DNA from: Camelus dromedarius
Lineage: Eukaryota
Length of the DNA stretch: 64,000 bases
Direction of reading: 5' to 3'
NCBI RefSeq assembly: GCF_036321535.1
Contig: NC_087462.1
Location: 1,178,001 to 1,242,000, forward strand
The notes beneath the pieces are model-generated. The model saw only the letters and a list, made by a program, of their open reading frames with translations. It searched no databases and was not told the origin of the DNA. The position numbers were made by a program, and so were the translations under genes. Numbering within the stretch: position 1 is the first letter of the stretch; every line of letters begins with the position of its first letter. Below are positions 47,895-59,134 of this stretch, piece by piece.

Positions 47895-48065
47895 TGCTCA
47901 GGGCCTAAAGCCAAATCCCCTGGGGGGGGGGGCTTGGAAGCGCCAACGGCCCAGCCCAGATCCCAGTTTCTGATTCAGCAGGTCGGGAGTGGGGTCCAAA
48001 AATCCGCATTTCTGAAGGACCTCAGGTGCTACTGGTGTTGGGGATTCCGCTTGGAGAACCGCTAC
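47895..48065. mobile_element. MER5A-like relic
   Basis: cccagtttctgattcagcaggtcgggagtggggtccaaaaatccgcatttct...ttggagaaccgct. Confidence 0.7.
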
Positions 48066-48829
48066 TGTCGGGCGGTGCCGGCCTCGCTGCGACCTGCAAC
48101 CGGGCCCCTCCCTCCGAGTGTAGGGAGCCAGGAGCGGTGGGTGTGGGTGTTTCTTGGGAAGCGCTCATATAACTGCAGCTCCTCATCCGGCCTGAAGCCA
48201 GGGGTTCGGACCGTGCTGCCTTTGGTCGGTAGGTGGCGACAGTGCCCGCTTGATCTCGGAGGGTCGAGGAAGGGGTGCCGGCCGCCCCGGGGGCTGCGTG
48301 GGCCATGCGATCCCGCTCGCCAGCACAACAGTAATCATGGTGTCCACTCAGGTGCACCGTGTTCTCACTCCCGGCCAGGCCATGGGGTTGTCACAGTATC
48401 AAAACTTCCAGCCATCCTGGTGCGGACATTCTAGATAAGTAAGGTATCACCAGGTAGTGTAAATGGGGAGAAGGCAATAAAAGAGCGGGCCAGGAGAGAC
48501 TAGGAGATGGGGGCTCCTCTCTGGCCCCCACTCCCGCGTGGCCAGGGTTTGAGGAGGGTCAGTTAGACCGTGTGCCTGGTGGGGTGCATTTCCAGCCCCC
48601 AGACATGGGAAGAGGTCATTCCATGGCAGCAAAACTCAGGGACAAATGTTCATGGTCTTCCCATCTGTGCCGGGACCTGTTTCAGGCCACGACAGAGCTG
48701 CGGTGGGCGGCTGCGCAGCAGGACCCTACCCGGATGTCACGGGGAGGTGCCGGCGTAAACCTACACCTAATGTAGAATAATCAAAAGGACACGGATGGGA
48801 CCGAGAGAGCTGGGTGCCTAGGAGACGGT

Positions 48830-48960
48830 GTCTGTTTCCTCATCTTGAAAATGGGTTACTAGTGGTACGGTCTTACAGAGTTGTTGAAAGGACTACGTGA
48901 GACCATCAAAGAGTTTGGAATGGTGTCTGTTCCAAATAAGCCTTCAGGAGATGTTAACCG
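48830..48960 (+). mobile_element. MIR fragment
   Basis: ctgtttcctcatcttgaaaatggg...tacagagttgttgaaagga. Confidence 0.6.
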
Positions 48961-49799
48961 TGATGAATTATTACCATTAACATCAGCATCTGAGGCCTGA
49001 GAAAGCAGAGAACCAGGTAGGTCATAATTGTGTGTGAACTAAGAAGTAAAGGGTTGTGAGCAAAGAGGTTGGGTTTTTGAATTTTGTGACATTTGAGTTT
49101 GCTTTTCAGAAACAAAATGTTTACCACCCTGGGGGGAAATTGCCAAATGACAGATGGTTGGGGGGGGGGTGAGAGAGAGATAGGGTCATGGAGTCCTCTT
49201 AGAGTCTGGGTGGGTAGGCAGGGATTCACTCATTGAGAGACCTGCTGGGAGCAGTGAAGTGTCCTAAAGCCTCTGGGAAGCCGCAGATGGCAGCTTTCCA
49301 CTCCTTGTCAGACTCCAGCAGCCTTTCATCTGCCTTCCCTGGGCAACTGAAGGGAATCCCCCCAGCCTACTTCCAGGAAGATCACCGTAGAGGCGGGAAA
49401 TACCTGGGGTCCATCCAGCTGCCCGGGGCAACCTCAGAAAGTCAACAGGATAAACAGCCAGAAAAACACAAGCCACACAACTTGGCGTGAGGACTGTTGA
49501 TTTTGGCCCCAGCCTCATGGAGATAGGGGACACTTGGAGGGCAGCCTCTCTCCTCTCCAGGACTCTTTTGTTGATTGCCTTGCAGAGGTGGGAGAGCTTA
49601 TGGCTGGCAGCCGACCTGAGCTTCTGTTCTGACTGACTCCAGGGCGCTTTCTGCTATTAACCTTACAGTTGGGGAGCCGAGTCCATGGTTTTGCAACTTT
49701 TTGGTGCTGGACACAAACATGCCACCATGAGTTTTCTAGGTCACATTTCTTGTGAGAGGTGCTGAATGATGAACAATGTCAAAACAAAAGGGACAGTAC

Positions 49800-50300
49800 C
49801 AGTCGAGGCTGTTGGTTGATAAAAGACTGAAGCTGTGACTCAAATTAGCTTAAACCAAAAAACCAAAACAAAACAAAACAAAACAAACAAAAAGAGGATC
49901 CTGATTCAGGTATGGCTGGATCCAGGTGTTAAGCAGTGTTGTGGAGGCACGACCTTTTTTTCTCTTGAGGATCTGCCCTCTTTGTTTTGACTTCATTCTC
50001 AGACAAGCTCAACTGTTAGTTGCTAACAGTGACTCCTAGCATCTCCAGGCTTCCACCCTGTGGCACAATGAGTGACTCTGCTTATATTTCAGATGAAGTC
50101 CCCGCTGACTCTCACTGGTCCCACCTGAGTCACCTGTTTGTTCCTGAGCCAATCATTGTGGCCAGGGTGAGGGAACTTCCCTGACTGATGTGGCCAAGCT
50201 GATAGTGGAGTCCCTGGAACCACGTGGACTGAGAGTCGTGAGAGGAACAGTCTCCCACAAACATCAGGGCACCAGGTCCAGAAGGCTGTGCTGGATCTGA
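49800..50300. mobile_element. old MLT1 (J/K/L-like) LTR fragment with an (AAAAC)n tract
   Basis: gactcaaattagcttaaac..ttcaggtatggctggatccagg..ttcctgagccaatcattgtggccaggg. Confidence 0.5.
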
Positions 50301-51127
50301 AGTGGGTAGAACATAGACACCACTTATAGGTGCCTGGCCTCTGTGGGGCTTCCCATAAGGAGATGCCAATCCATTTCCATTCCCACCCCAATCCCAGTCC
50401 TAGAAACATAAGCACAGACAGCTCCTCTGTCTTGGATGCGGGACCAGTGTGGAGTACATGCTAGTGTAAGGAGGGACCCTGTTCTGTTCATCTGCTCATC
50501 TGTTGATGGACACTTAGGTTGCTTCTCATTCTGGGCTATTGTGGGTAGAACTTCTACGAGCATCCATGTACTAGTATTTGAGTCCCTGTTCTAATTCCTT
50601 TGGGTGTATACCTGGGAGTCAATGCCCTGCCTCCAGTTTCACCCTCTCGGCTGTATCCATGCCCATGGCCAGGTGGTACCAGGGGAGAAGAGATGCCCCT
50701 TAGCCCAGCAAACAGCTGATCTGTGTTGTGCACCCTGCTCTGCCCACTCCCCACAGGCCTCCCCCTCCCAACTCAGCACTGCCCTTTGGATGCACAGAAT
50801 TGATGCATGACTCGTTAGAAAGACTTAGCCGGTCTTTGCTGGTTTTCTTTCCCAAAGTGAAGTTATTCGTGTTGATGTAGAGGCTGCAACATGCGTCTAC
50901 ACAGACAGCCTGACAGCAGGGTCCCTGGGTAAGGGGACCACACAGGGGACCCCTGGGTTGGGAGCCAGCCGGCCTCTCTCGGGTTGCAGAGAGAGGATTT
51001 CAGAAATCTTGTCTGTCCCTGTCCTGCAAGGAGATGAAGGCAGCGTGTGAACAAGAGGTAGGGAGAGAAGGGTCATTTCCTTTCTCTCTTTTACGTCTCT
51101 TTTTCCTTTTTCTCCACACCTGCCCCC

Positions 51128-51210
51128 TTAATGGAGGTACTGGGGATTGAAGCCAGGACCTTGTGCACGCCCAGCACCTAGTGTACCAGTGAGCTATATC
51201 CGCCCATCCC
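51128..51210 (-). mobile_element. camelid SINE (short form, diverged)
   Basis: ttaatggaggtactggggattgaagccaggacc...cagtgagctatat. Confidence 0.8.
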
Positions 51211-51221
51211 CTCCTGTTTGT

Positions 51222-51840
51222 TTTTTTTAAGTGAATTTCACGTAATATAAAATTAACCATTTAGAGAGTACAATTCAGTTTTATAGACAGTACATCCACG
51301 ATGTTGTGTAACCATCAACTCTATTTGCAGAACATTTTTATAACCCCAGAATATTTTTATAACCCATACCCATTTGCAGGCACTCCTCATCCTCTCCCCA
51401 AGCCCCTGGCCCCCACCACCTGCTTTCTGTCTCTATGGATGCGACTCCTCCAGGGACCTCCAGNNNNNNNNNNNNNNNNNNNNNNNNNNNNNNNNNNNNN
51501 NNNNNNNNNNNNNNNNNNNNNNNNNNNNNNNNNNNNNNNNNNNNNNNNNNNNNNNNNNNNNNNNNNNNNNNNNNNNNNNNNNNNNNNNNNNNNNNNNNNN
51601 NNNNNNNNNNNNNNNNATCCATCATCTGGTTATGAATACTTGAGTTGTTTCCACCCTTTGTCTATTGTGGATAATGCTGCTATGAATGTGAGTGTTCAAG
51701 TCCCCAATTGCCTCTCTCTCCCATATTTACCAAGAAGTGGAGTTGCTGGATTATAGGGTAATTCTATGTTTAACTTTTTGAAAAACTGCCAAAACGTTTT
51801 GCACAGCAGCTGTACCATTCTATGTCCCTACCTGTACATG
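51222..51840 (-). mobile_element. old L1MB-type fragment (contains the gap 51464-51616)
   Basis: aaattaaccatt..gtacaattcag..gttgtttccaccctttgtctattgtggataatgctgctatgaa. Confidence 0.7.
51464..51616. other. assembly gap
   Basis: N run. Confidence 1.
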
Positions 51841-52121
51841 TTTTTGCATTTTGAGAAATTGAAGATAAGCAGAAACATATGCTGAAGAGATTCATTCTTT
51901 AGATGCAGAAAATCTAGGCATTGCTTTTAACAACTTGTCAAAGAGCATTTAAAAAAAGAATCAGCAAAACAGGGACTCTTGGCTAGCTTGAGTGGGACAT
52001 CCAGGGATGGAAAGATATCTTTAAAAAAAGTTAAACTAAAACACATATTAATCTGCGTTTTTATTTAGAAAAGAGAAAAAGAGAGCGACCAGCTTCAAGC
52101 AGGATGTTTTCCCAGAGTGTC

Positions 52122-52256
52122 ATTTGTTTGTTTGGGGGGGGGAAGGTAATTAGGTTTACTTATTTGTTAGTTTTTTTTAATGGAGGTACTGGGGATTGAA
52201 CCCAGGGCCTCATGCACGCAAGGTATGTGCTCTACCACTGAGCTATACTCACCCCC
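52122..52256 (-). mobile_element. camelid SINE (long form)
   Basis: ggtaattaggtttac...taatggaggtactggggattgaacccagggcc...ctaccactgagctatac. Confidence 0.9.
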
Positions 52257-52580
52257 AGCCACCCCCCACCCCGAGTGTTGTTGTATGCAATAGATCAGGA
52301 CACCAGGCGATGCTTTGCAAATTAAGAGGAGAAACACACGGGGTTGGACTCTAAGGGCCCTGCAGTGTTGAGGATCTGGGCTGCAGTGGGGACACCAGGA
52401 AGTGGGTTCTCCCCTCCAGCCACCGGTCCCAAGGTAGACATTTGATGGATCTTGGCAGGGGATTCCTTGGTTCTTCCAGGAGGGGAGCAGGGAGAAAATA
52501 GAAAGATATGAATAAAATTTTCGCCCTTCAGAGTCCTTTTAGATCTGATACTAAGTCCTTGCTTAGCAATGGGGTCAAAC

Positions 52581-52783
52581 CAGGGTCTTCTTACCCCCGC
52601 ACTGCAGACATGACGGGAAGCTCTGTTTTGAGGGCATCCTGTGCATTGTATGGTGTTGAGTAGCATTCCCTGGCTTCCGGGTCTGGATGCCAGGAGCACC
52701 CTAACAATCACGAATACCCCCAGACATTGCCCACTGTCCCCTGGGGGTGGGGGGACAAACTGCCCCTGGTTGAGACCCTCTGG
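52581..52783 (-). mobile_element. MER20-like relic
   Basis: catcctgtgcattgtatggtgttgagtagcattccctgg...ccagacattgccc...cccctggttgagaccc. Confidence 0.7.
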
Positions 52784-52984
52784 GTTAAACCTGTGTAACT
52801 AGAATTAATAACTGGACTTGCTCATAAAATTAGCATATTTTGTCTGTGTTGATGGAAAATGAATCACTCAAGTCAGTCTAAGAAAGAAATGGGAAATTTT
52901 ATTCAAGCCAAATTTGAGGATTATAACCTGGGAAGAGCATCTCTGCTCTGAGGACTGTTCCATCCATTGGAAATCAAGGCACAG

Positions 52985-53061
52985 GGGATGGGGGTATGGC
53001 TCAGTGGTTGAGCGCATGTTTGGCATGCAGGAGGTCCTGAGTTCAATCCCTAGTTCCTCTA

Positions 53062-53074
<13 letters not shown>
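52985..53074 (+). mobile_element. camelid SINE (short form) followed by (AT)n to 53104
   Basis: ggggtatggctcagtggttgagcgcatg...gttcaatccctagttcctctattaaaaaa. Confidence 0.9.
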
Positions 53075-53109
<35 letters not shown>

Positions 53110-53232
53110 AGTCACGCTCAACACAAAGTATAGAACCTACACAGTACTAACAACTATTTTAAAAAAATGGAGTTGGGGTTTTCTTGGGCATGAAACACCC
53201 TGTCCTCCTTGCTTGGCCCTCAATAAACTTTT

Positions 53233-53320
53233 GGGGTGTGGGTAACTCTCAGTGGTAGAGCACATGCTTAGCATGCAGGAGGCCCTGGGTTCAATCCCCC
53301 GTCCCTCCATTAAAAAAAAA
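53233..53320 (+). mobile_element. camelid SINE (short form)
   Basis: ctcagtggtagagcacatgcttagcatgcaggaggccctgggttcaatccccc..ccattaaaaa. Confidence 0.9.
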
Positions 53321-53859
53321 AAATAAAGGCACAGTTTAAATGGTTTTTTGAGACAGAGGGCTGAACATCAAATGATATATTGTTGACAGTTTACATAATC
53401 CAGACCTAAGGGTCATCCTAGTCACGTAACCCCCTTACAAGCTCTAGGAGAAATGTTATCTCTTAAGGAGCTGTCTTGTTGATGCTCGGAGACAATTGCT
53501 GTTTATGGTTGAGCAGGCATTCCTGCCATGGGGGAGATTGAGCTGATGTATATGCAGATACACAGTAGCACAGAGCAGGGAGGAGAGGTCAAAGGGCAGA
53601 AAATTATGTTTAAATTTTTATCTTGCCATAAAATATTGATTTCATTTCACTTCTGGGAGACTCACAAGATCTCCTTCGCCTACTGTACAGATAGAAAAAT
53701 GAGGCTGGAGTTGGCTGGGACCCCAGACCATCACTGGAACCAGATTGCATCTAGTTCTCTGGAGACACCCCCTCCGGATGAGCCACGTGGCAGCAGCAAA
53801 CTACACTCCGGGTCGTGTGCCTCCTGCCTCAGTACCTTCACTGCTGATTTCCCAAAGGC

Positions 53860-54450
53860 CCCAGGGCCGGACTTCTCCCCGCCGCCCCATGGGTCTCGAA
53901 CATTCAACTCAGCATTCGCCCCGCACTCCTGCCGGTCACGGGAACCGCTCTCAGGAAAGGGTCGGAGCGAGGCAGCGCGCGCGGCCTTCTGGGGATTGTA
54001 GTCCCGGTCCCCACCTCCGCCTCGCGCCGACCCCGCCCCTGGAACTACGCTCCCGGCGTGCCCCGCGGCGCCAGGCGGTGGCGGAGGCGGGGCAAGCTGG
54101 CCGGTTGCTAAGACTTGGAGAAGCGCAGCGCTCCCGCCTTCTTCTCAGGTAAGCGCACGACCCCGCGGTCTTGCGGTCTTGCGTCCCAGTCTCCCGCGGA
54201 GGGCGAGCGCGGGCGGGGGCGGGGGGCACGGCTTTGGGGGGCGCCTGCAGCGCGGAGCAAGGGGGCAGCCAGGCAGGGATCGTGCGCGCCGCGGACGGGC
54301 GCGGGGGGAGGCGCCGTGTGCGCGTGCGCGCGCCCCTGCGGCCGGGGATGGAGACCCTGTGTCCCCGCCGCTTCCGGTGCGCCCCGCCGTGGGGTCATCG
54401 CGGCCAGCCCTCTGCTTCCGCGCTGTCGCCCGGACTGTCCGTGTAACGGC
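53860..54450 (+). promoter_or_regulatory. shared SCAMP4/ADAT3 CpG-island promoter
   Basis: CpG-dense; two ZNF143/ACTACA-type motifs (53984-54002 minus, 54044-54061 plus); GC box. Confidence 0.85.
54065..54148 (+). other. SCAMP4: non-coding exon 1 shared by ADAT3 and SCAMP4 (TSS approximate)
   Basis: donor CAG|GTAAGC at 54149; no ATG in the exon; the only strong promoter upstream of both genes; the shared exon is established in human. Confidence 0.8.
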
Positions 54451-56084
54451 TTCCCGCCCGCTTTGGGTGGAAGGCCCTAGTCTTTCTGGACGTCCTCAAC
54501 GTCGATAGTCCTTCCTGAGCCTTAAGCAAAGTGAGTTCTCAGGGCCTGGCCTCGCGTCTCTCCCGCAGCCCCGTGCCCGAGGCCCTGTCATGTCACGCAC
54601 CCGTAGGGCGGCCAGGGTCCGCAAATAAACTCGCAGGTTGCCCCGCCAAGTACGAATTTCGTGTGAACAATATGTGTGCATACATACGTATTTTCGGAGC
54701 GGGCATAAGTATATCCCAGAGATGGCGTGGGCCACATTTATGCCAACAATTGTCTGCTCACCTGGAATTGGAATTTAGCGGGGCGTCCTGTATGTTGTCT
54801 GGCGACCCCCACTCTAAGGGGGAGCTCGCCCTTCAGTGGGGCCGAGTCCTGGAAACCGTATTCGAAAGCTGGATGTGGGCGCCTCCAAGACTCCGGCACC
54901 GGCTGTTCCTTCTGCTTTGGGCTCCCTACCCTGCTCGACCTGCCTTAGGCCCGGCGGTGGGTCACCGCCTCTGAGGAGCCCTCCTGCCACAGTCAGGGCA
55001 CAGGGCCCCTGAGGGGCTGTGCCCAGGGACAGTGCCAGGCCCCACATGGGTATTCTCACTTTCTGCCCCAGAGAGCAGTGCTGGACAGTGATGGATCCCA
55101 TGTCCCAGAGGGGGAAGCTGGGGTCGGGGTTAGGACAGGGGTGGGACACACCCAGGGCTGTGGTAAGGCCTCTCCTGGTTGTCACCTGCAGAGCCTGACT
55201 CAGCTACCTGAATAAGCACCCTTTCCTTACTCCCTGCTGAGCTAACTTCTCCTGGGACCCCAGACCCACAGCCCCCGCTGCTGCAGGAGTCCCAGAGTAC
55301 CCAGTGAGAGGACTGGCTCTTGAGGGTCTTCTTGGTCCCCCAGACCCTCCAGGGGACCCACGCATGGCATACGGCCCATGGAGCCCTTTCTGGCCCTGTC
55401 GTTGCCTGTGGCAGAGGCTACAATCACCAGTGTAAACAGCCCTGGGGAGGTGGCCACCGCACCGGAGCACAGGCACTTCTAGGCCATAGCGGTGGGCAGA
55501 GGGAGGTGCACAGGGCCCGCAAAGAGCACAGTGAGGATGTCGGGCAGTTGGGTGCCCAGAGCTGGCAGTGGATACGAGGCTCTGAGGACAAAAAGAGGAA
55601 GAGGCCGGCCTGGCTGCTCTTAGGCCCCTGGGGTGTTCAAGCATGTCTTGAGGCATTGGCGCTGTCCAGGGAGGGGCCGCTGCTCCTTGTCTAGGGGGGC
55701 TGCCCTCTGCCACACTTGTTTCCGGTCTGTGGGCTCAGGACCCCTGTCCTGCGGGGCCGGAGGCAGAGTCAGTGAGCTGTTGGCCACCTGGCCGTGGGGT
55801 TCGGTCCCAGCTCTGCCCCCTCCCTGACCCAGCCATGTGGCCCTGGGCAAAACCCCTTGGCTTAAGGAAAGGGGACAGTCCTGCAGTCTCCTTCCTGGGT
55901 CGTGGAGAGGGGTCGGGGAACCCATTCGTGGAAGCTCGAGGACGTGCCGGGGTTCCGGCACCATCATGAGGTACTGGGCCTGGTTGGGGGTCTGCTGCCC
56001 TACCGATCACCAGGTGTCCCTCCTCCTCCCTTCAGCAGCAGCAGCTTTTCTGAGATACGTGTCACACGCCTTGTGGTTCGTCCA

Positions 56085-56590
56085 CTTAGAGCGTACATTT
56101 TAGCCTCTTTCAGTATATTTACAATGTCGTGCAACCATCACCTGTCTCGTTCCAGAACATCCTGTCATCTCAGAAAGCAGCCCCGTCCCCATTGGCATCA
56201 TCTCCCTCCCTCTCCCCAGCCCGTGCCAACCAGGAGCCCCCTCCCTGTGTCTGGGGACTGGCCTGTTCTGGATGCCTCACATCCATGGACTCACACACTG
56301 TGTGTCCTTCAGTGTCTGCTTCTCTCCCTGGGTGTCGTGCTCTCAGGGTCCGTCCAGGGTGTCAGGGCTGCTCTCCTGGTCACGGCTGAGCCATGCTCCT
56401 GTGTGTGGGGAGACATTTTGTTTATCCGTCTATCTTTTGGCAGGGGTTGTTGCTGCATTTTGACTGCTGTGAAGTGTGTGGCTCTGAACATTTGTGTGCA
56501 GGTTTCTGCATGGACGTGTGTTTTAAGTTCTTCAGGGTCCACACCTAGGAGTGGAGTGGCATTGCAGGGTCAGATGGTGACCCCTGTGGT
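56085..56590 (-). mobile_element. old L1MB-type fragment, GC-shifted
   Basis: gtgcaaccatcacc..ttccagaacat..cctgttctgga..tttatcc..gaacatttgtgtgcaggttt..acacctaggagtgga. Confidence 0.7.
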
Positions 56591-57342
56591 TTTTATTTTT
56601 CCTCTCTAGGAGTCAGCAGTCCGGCCAGCAGTGTCCCCGTGGCAGCCTCCTTTATTTGCCGCGTGTTTTTTTTAAGCAGAGAGAGGTTGTGCCCTCGGAG
56701 GGACAAACAGGACTGTGTCTGTCTTGCCCCGGAGACACTGGGAGCTTTTGTGGCCTGGGACAGGCAGTGGGGCCAGGGCGTCCCGGGCGTGGTGTGTGCC
56801 GGGCGCGCGGATTTGGAATCTGAGGCCCTGCCTGGCACGGCCGTGCTGGGTGTGCCAGGGCCGCTCCACGCCTGCTGCTTCTGAGAGCTGCCAGCGGCCC
56901 CCGGTTCTGAGTGTCTGCCACGCTTGTATTGTGGGCTCAGGACACGTTATGGTGGGCGGGGACCGCACACGCCCTCTGAGGGTGGCGGGTTGCGGATTGA
57001 GCCGGGGTGCATCACAGCAGTAAAAGCCCCAGCGGTGAAGTCGCTTCAGCACTTCCCTGTCCGTGGGGAAGTGCTGGGAGCGGCTGGTCCCCCTGAGACG
57101 CTGCCGGGGCGGTGCGGCCTGGGCGGGCGGTGCTTCTCTGGGGTCCCGCGAGGAGGTTCCTTTCTAACAGCGCCCTAGGCAGTCCTGCCCAGTAGCAATG
57201 TCACGCGAGGCACGTACATGACGTCGAGTTTTTAGAAACCGCTTTTTTGAAAAGTACAAAGAAACAGGTGACGTTAACCCTAACGATACATTTATTTACC
57301 CTGAAACATGTGAAGTATCCCCGCCTCCGCATGTAGTCCTCA

Positions 57343-57473
57343 CAGTCGTCCATCGGTATCTGCAGGGGATTGGTTCCAGGACCCCTGAGAATAACAGAAT
57401 CCGTGGGTGTCAGATGGCCAAGTACTGCTGGTCGTCGGTATCTGGATTTTTCGTGGGTGCGGAGGGCTAACTG
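57343..57473. mobile_element. internally deleted MER2-like (Tigger) MITE
   Basis: left end cagtcgtccatcggtatctgcaggggattggttccaggacccc; right end gtgcggagggctaactg followed by TA. Confidence 0.7.
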
Positions 57474-57740
57474 TACAAACAAAACCCACCAAGACCGTTC
57501 ACGTCCTTTTGTCATAAGTTTCTGGAATCTAGTGTGCGTCTCCACTCACAGCACGTCTCAAAGGAAAAAAGGGAGAAACACCGGAACTGGGGTGGTTCAA
57601 ACTGCGTGCAAACCAGGAGTCAGCAGGACCTGAGTGAGAGCGTGACCACTGCCGCAGTTCACGGGGGCCGAGCTCTCCGCTGAGCCTCCAGACCCTGCAG
57701 GCTCCCGGGACCCGCTCTCCGGCCTAGCCAGGCCTCCACG

Positions 57741-57780
57741 CTGACGGATGATGCTCTGCTCCGGTCTCTGTCTCCCACAG
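57741..57780 (+). other. ADAT3: 3' splice site of ADAT3 exon 2
   Basis: branch point CTGAC 57741-57745, pyrimidine tract, CAG at 57778-57780, 16 nt before the ATG. Confidence 0.75.
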
Positions 57781-57796
57781 TCGGAGCCACGCCAGG

Positions 57797-58852
57797 ATGG
57801 ACCCCGCCCTGGGCATCGCAGAGCCGCGTGTGGACGAGAAGGCAGGGAGCCCCGAGCGAGAGCCCGCGCCATGGCAAGCCCTCCCGGTCCTGTCCGAGCA
57901 GCAATCTGGGGATGTGGAGCTGGTGCTGGCGTATGCCGCGCCCATCCTGGACAAACGCCAGACCTCGCGCCTCCTCAAGGAGGTGTCAGCCGTCCACCCA
58001 CTACCTGCACAGCCTCACCTCAAAAGGGTGCGGCCCAGCCAGGACCCCAGCTGCCCACATGCACTGGAGATGCTGCTGTGCCTGGCGGGGCCAGCCGCGG
58101 GCGCACGATCGCTGGCTGAGCTCCTCCCGGAGCCGGCCGTGGACCCCCGTGGCCTGGGACAGCCCTTCCTGGTGCCTGTGCCTGCCCGGCCGCCCCTGAC
58201 CAGGGGCCAGTTCGAGGAGGCACGCGCCCACTGGCCCACGAACTTCCACGAGGACAGGGAGGTGACCCGAGCCCTGGCTGGGCAGCTCTTCTCAGCACAG
58301 GAACGGGCCACGATGCATGGCCACATGGAGCGGGCTGTGTGGGCGGCTCAGCAGGCTGCCTCTAGGGGCCTGAGGGCTGTAGGGGCAGTGGTGGTGGACC
58401 CGGCCTCGGGCCGCGTGCTGGCCACGGGCCATGACTGCCGCGGCGCGGCCCGCCCCCTGCTGCACGCCACCATGGTGTGCATCGACCTGGTGGCCCAGGG
58501 CCAGGGCCGCGGCACCTATGACCTCGTGCCCCACCCCGCCTGCTCCTTCGCCCCGGCCACCGCCCCCCAGAGTGTCCGTGTGGGCTCCGTGCGCAAGCTG
58601 GACGAGGACGCGGATGGCCTCCCCTACGTGTGCACCGGCTACGACCTGTACATCACCCGTGAGCCCTGCGCCATGTGCGCCATGGCCCTGGTGCACTCCC
58701 GCGTGCGACGTGTCTTCTATGGGGCTCCCTCGCCCGACGGCGCGCTGGGCACCCGCTTCCGCATGCATGCCCGGCCAGACCTCAACCACCGCTTCCAGGC
58801 CTTCCGCGGGGTGCTGGAGGCCCAGTGCCGCCAGCTGGACCCCGACCCGTAG
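57797..58852 (+). CDS. ADAT3: tRNA adenosine-34 deaminase non-catalytic subunit ADAT3, 351 aa, single coding exon
   Basis: [77 protein letters not shown]; strong Kozak aggATGG. Confidence 0.97.
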   Translation: MDPALGIAEPRVDEKAGSPEREPAPWQALPVLSEQQSGDVELVLAYAAPILDKRQTSRLLKEVSAVHPLPAQPHLKRVRPSQDPSCPHALEMLLCLAGPAAGARSLAELLPEPAVDPRGLGQPFLVPVPARPPLTRGQFEEARAHWPTNFHEDREVTRALAGQLFSAQERATMHGHMERAVWAAQQAASRGLRAVGAVVVDPASGRVLATGHDCRGAARPLLHATMVCIDLVAQGQGRGTYDLVPHPACSFAPATAPQSVRVGSVRKLDEDADGLPYVCTGYDLYITREPCAMCAMALVHSRVRRVFYGAPSPDGALGTRFRMHARPDLNHRFQAFRGVLEAQCRQLDPDP

Positions 58853-59128
58853 GCGCCCGGCCCTGAAGTTCCTCTGCTCCCCGCTGGCCCAGGCATCCCA
58901 CATGGTCACGAGGGGACTGCCGTCCCTTCTCGATTTTAGAGACACGCGTGTCTCCTGGCCCCGGAGCCCCCACCACACTGTTCTGCCAGCGCATGGGGGC
59001 GTCCCCTGCCTGGATGGGCTCCCCCACCACTGGCCCAAGTGCAGCGGGGGTTCAGCCGGCGAAGCCCTGGGTCCTTGGGGACTGTGTCCCCTTTTCTCAG
59101 GTGTCAGAAGACAGTTCTGTTGTGTGAC

Positions 59129-59134
59129 AATAAA
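59129..59134 (+). terminator. ADAT3: ADAT3 poly(A) signal AATAAA (intronic with respect to SCAMP4)
   Basis: gacAATAAAcaac about 280 nt after the stop. Confidence 0.85.

Larger units (their letters stand above)
52847..53649. mobile_element. ERV1-class solo LTR (MER4-like) interrupted by a SINE block, about 400 bp upstream of the SCAMP4/ADAT3 TSS
   Basis: TG...CA ends; tttattcaagccaaatttgagga...aaggcacag|tttaaatggttttttgagacag continuity across the insert. Confidence 0.55.

Noticed and set aside
41645-53320. tRNA-Ala(AGC)-like sequences as tRNA genes
   Set aside because: They have broken acceptor or anticodon stems, A-rich tails and TSDs, which marks them as SINEs.
54205-54335. G-quadruplex and Z-DNA-like tracts in CpG islands
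   Set aside because: They are expected by chance at this GC content and nothing singles these out.
57748-58119. 123-aa [14 protein letters not shown]... as a separate protein
   Set aside because: Its ATGs lie upstream of the 57781 acceptor and would be spliced out; the rest is an off-frame read of ADAT3.
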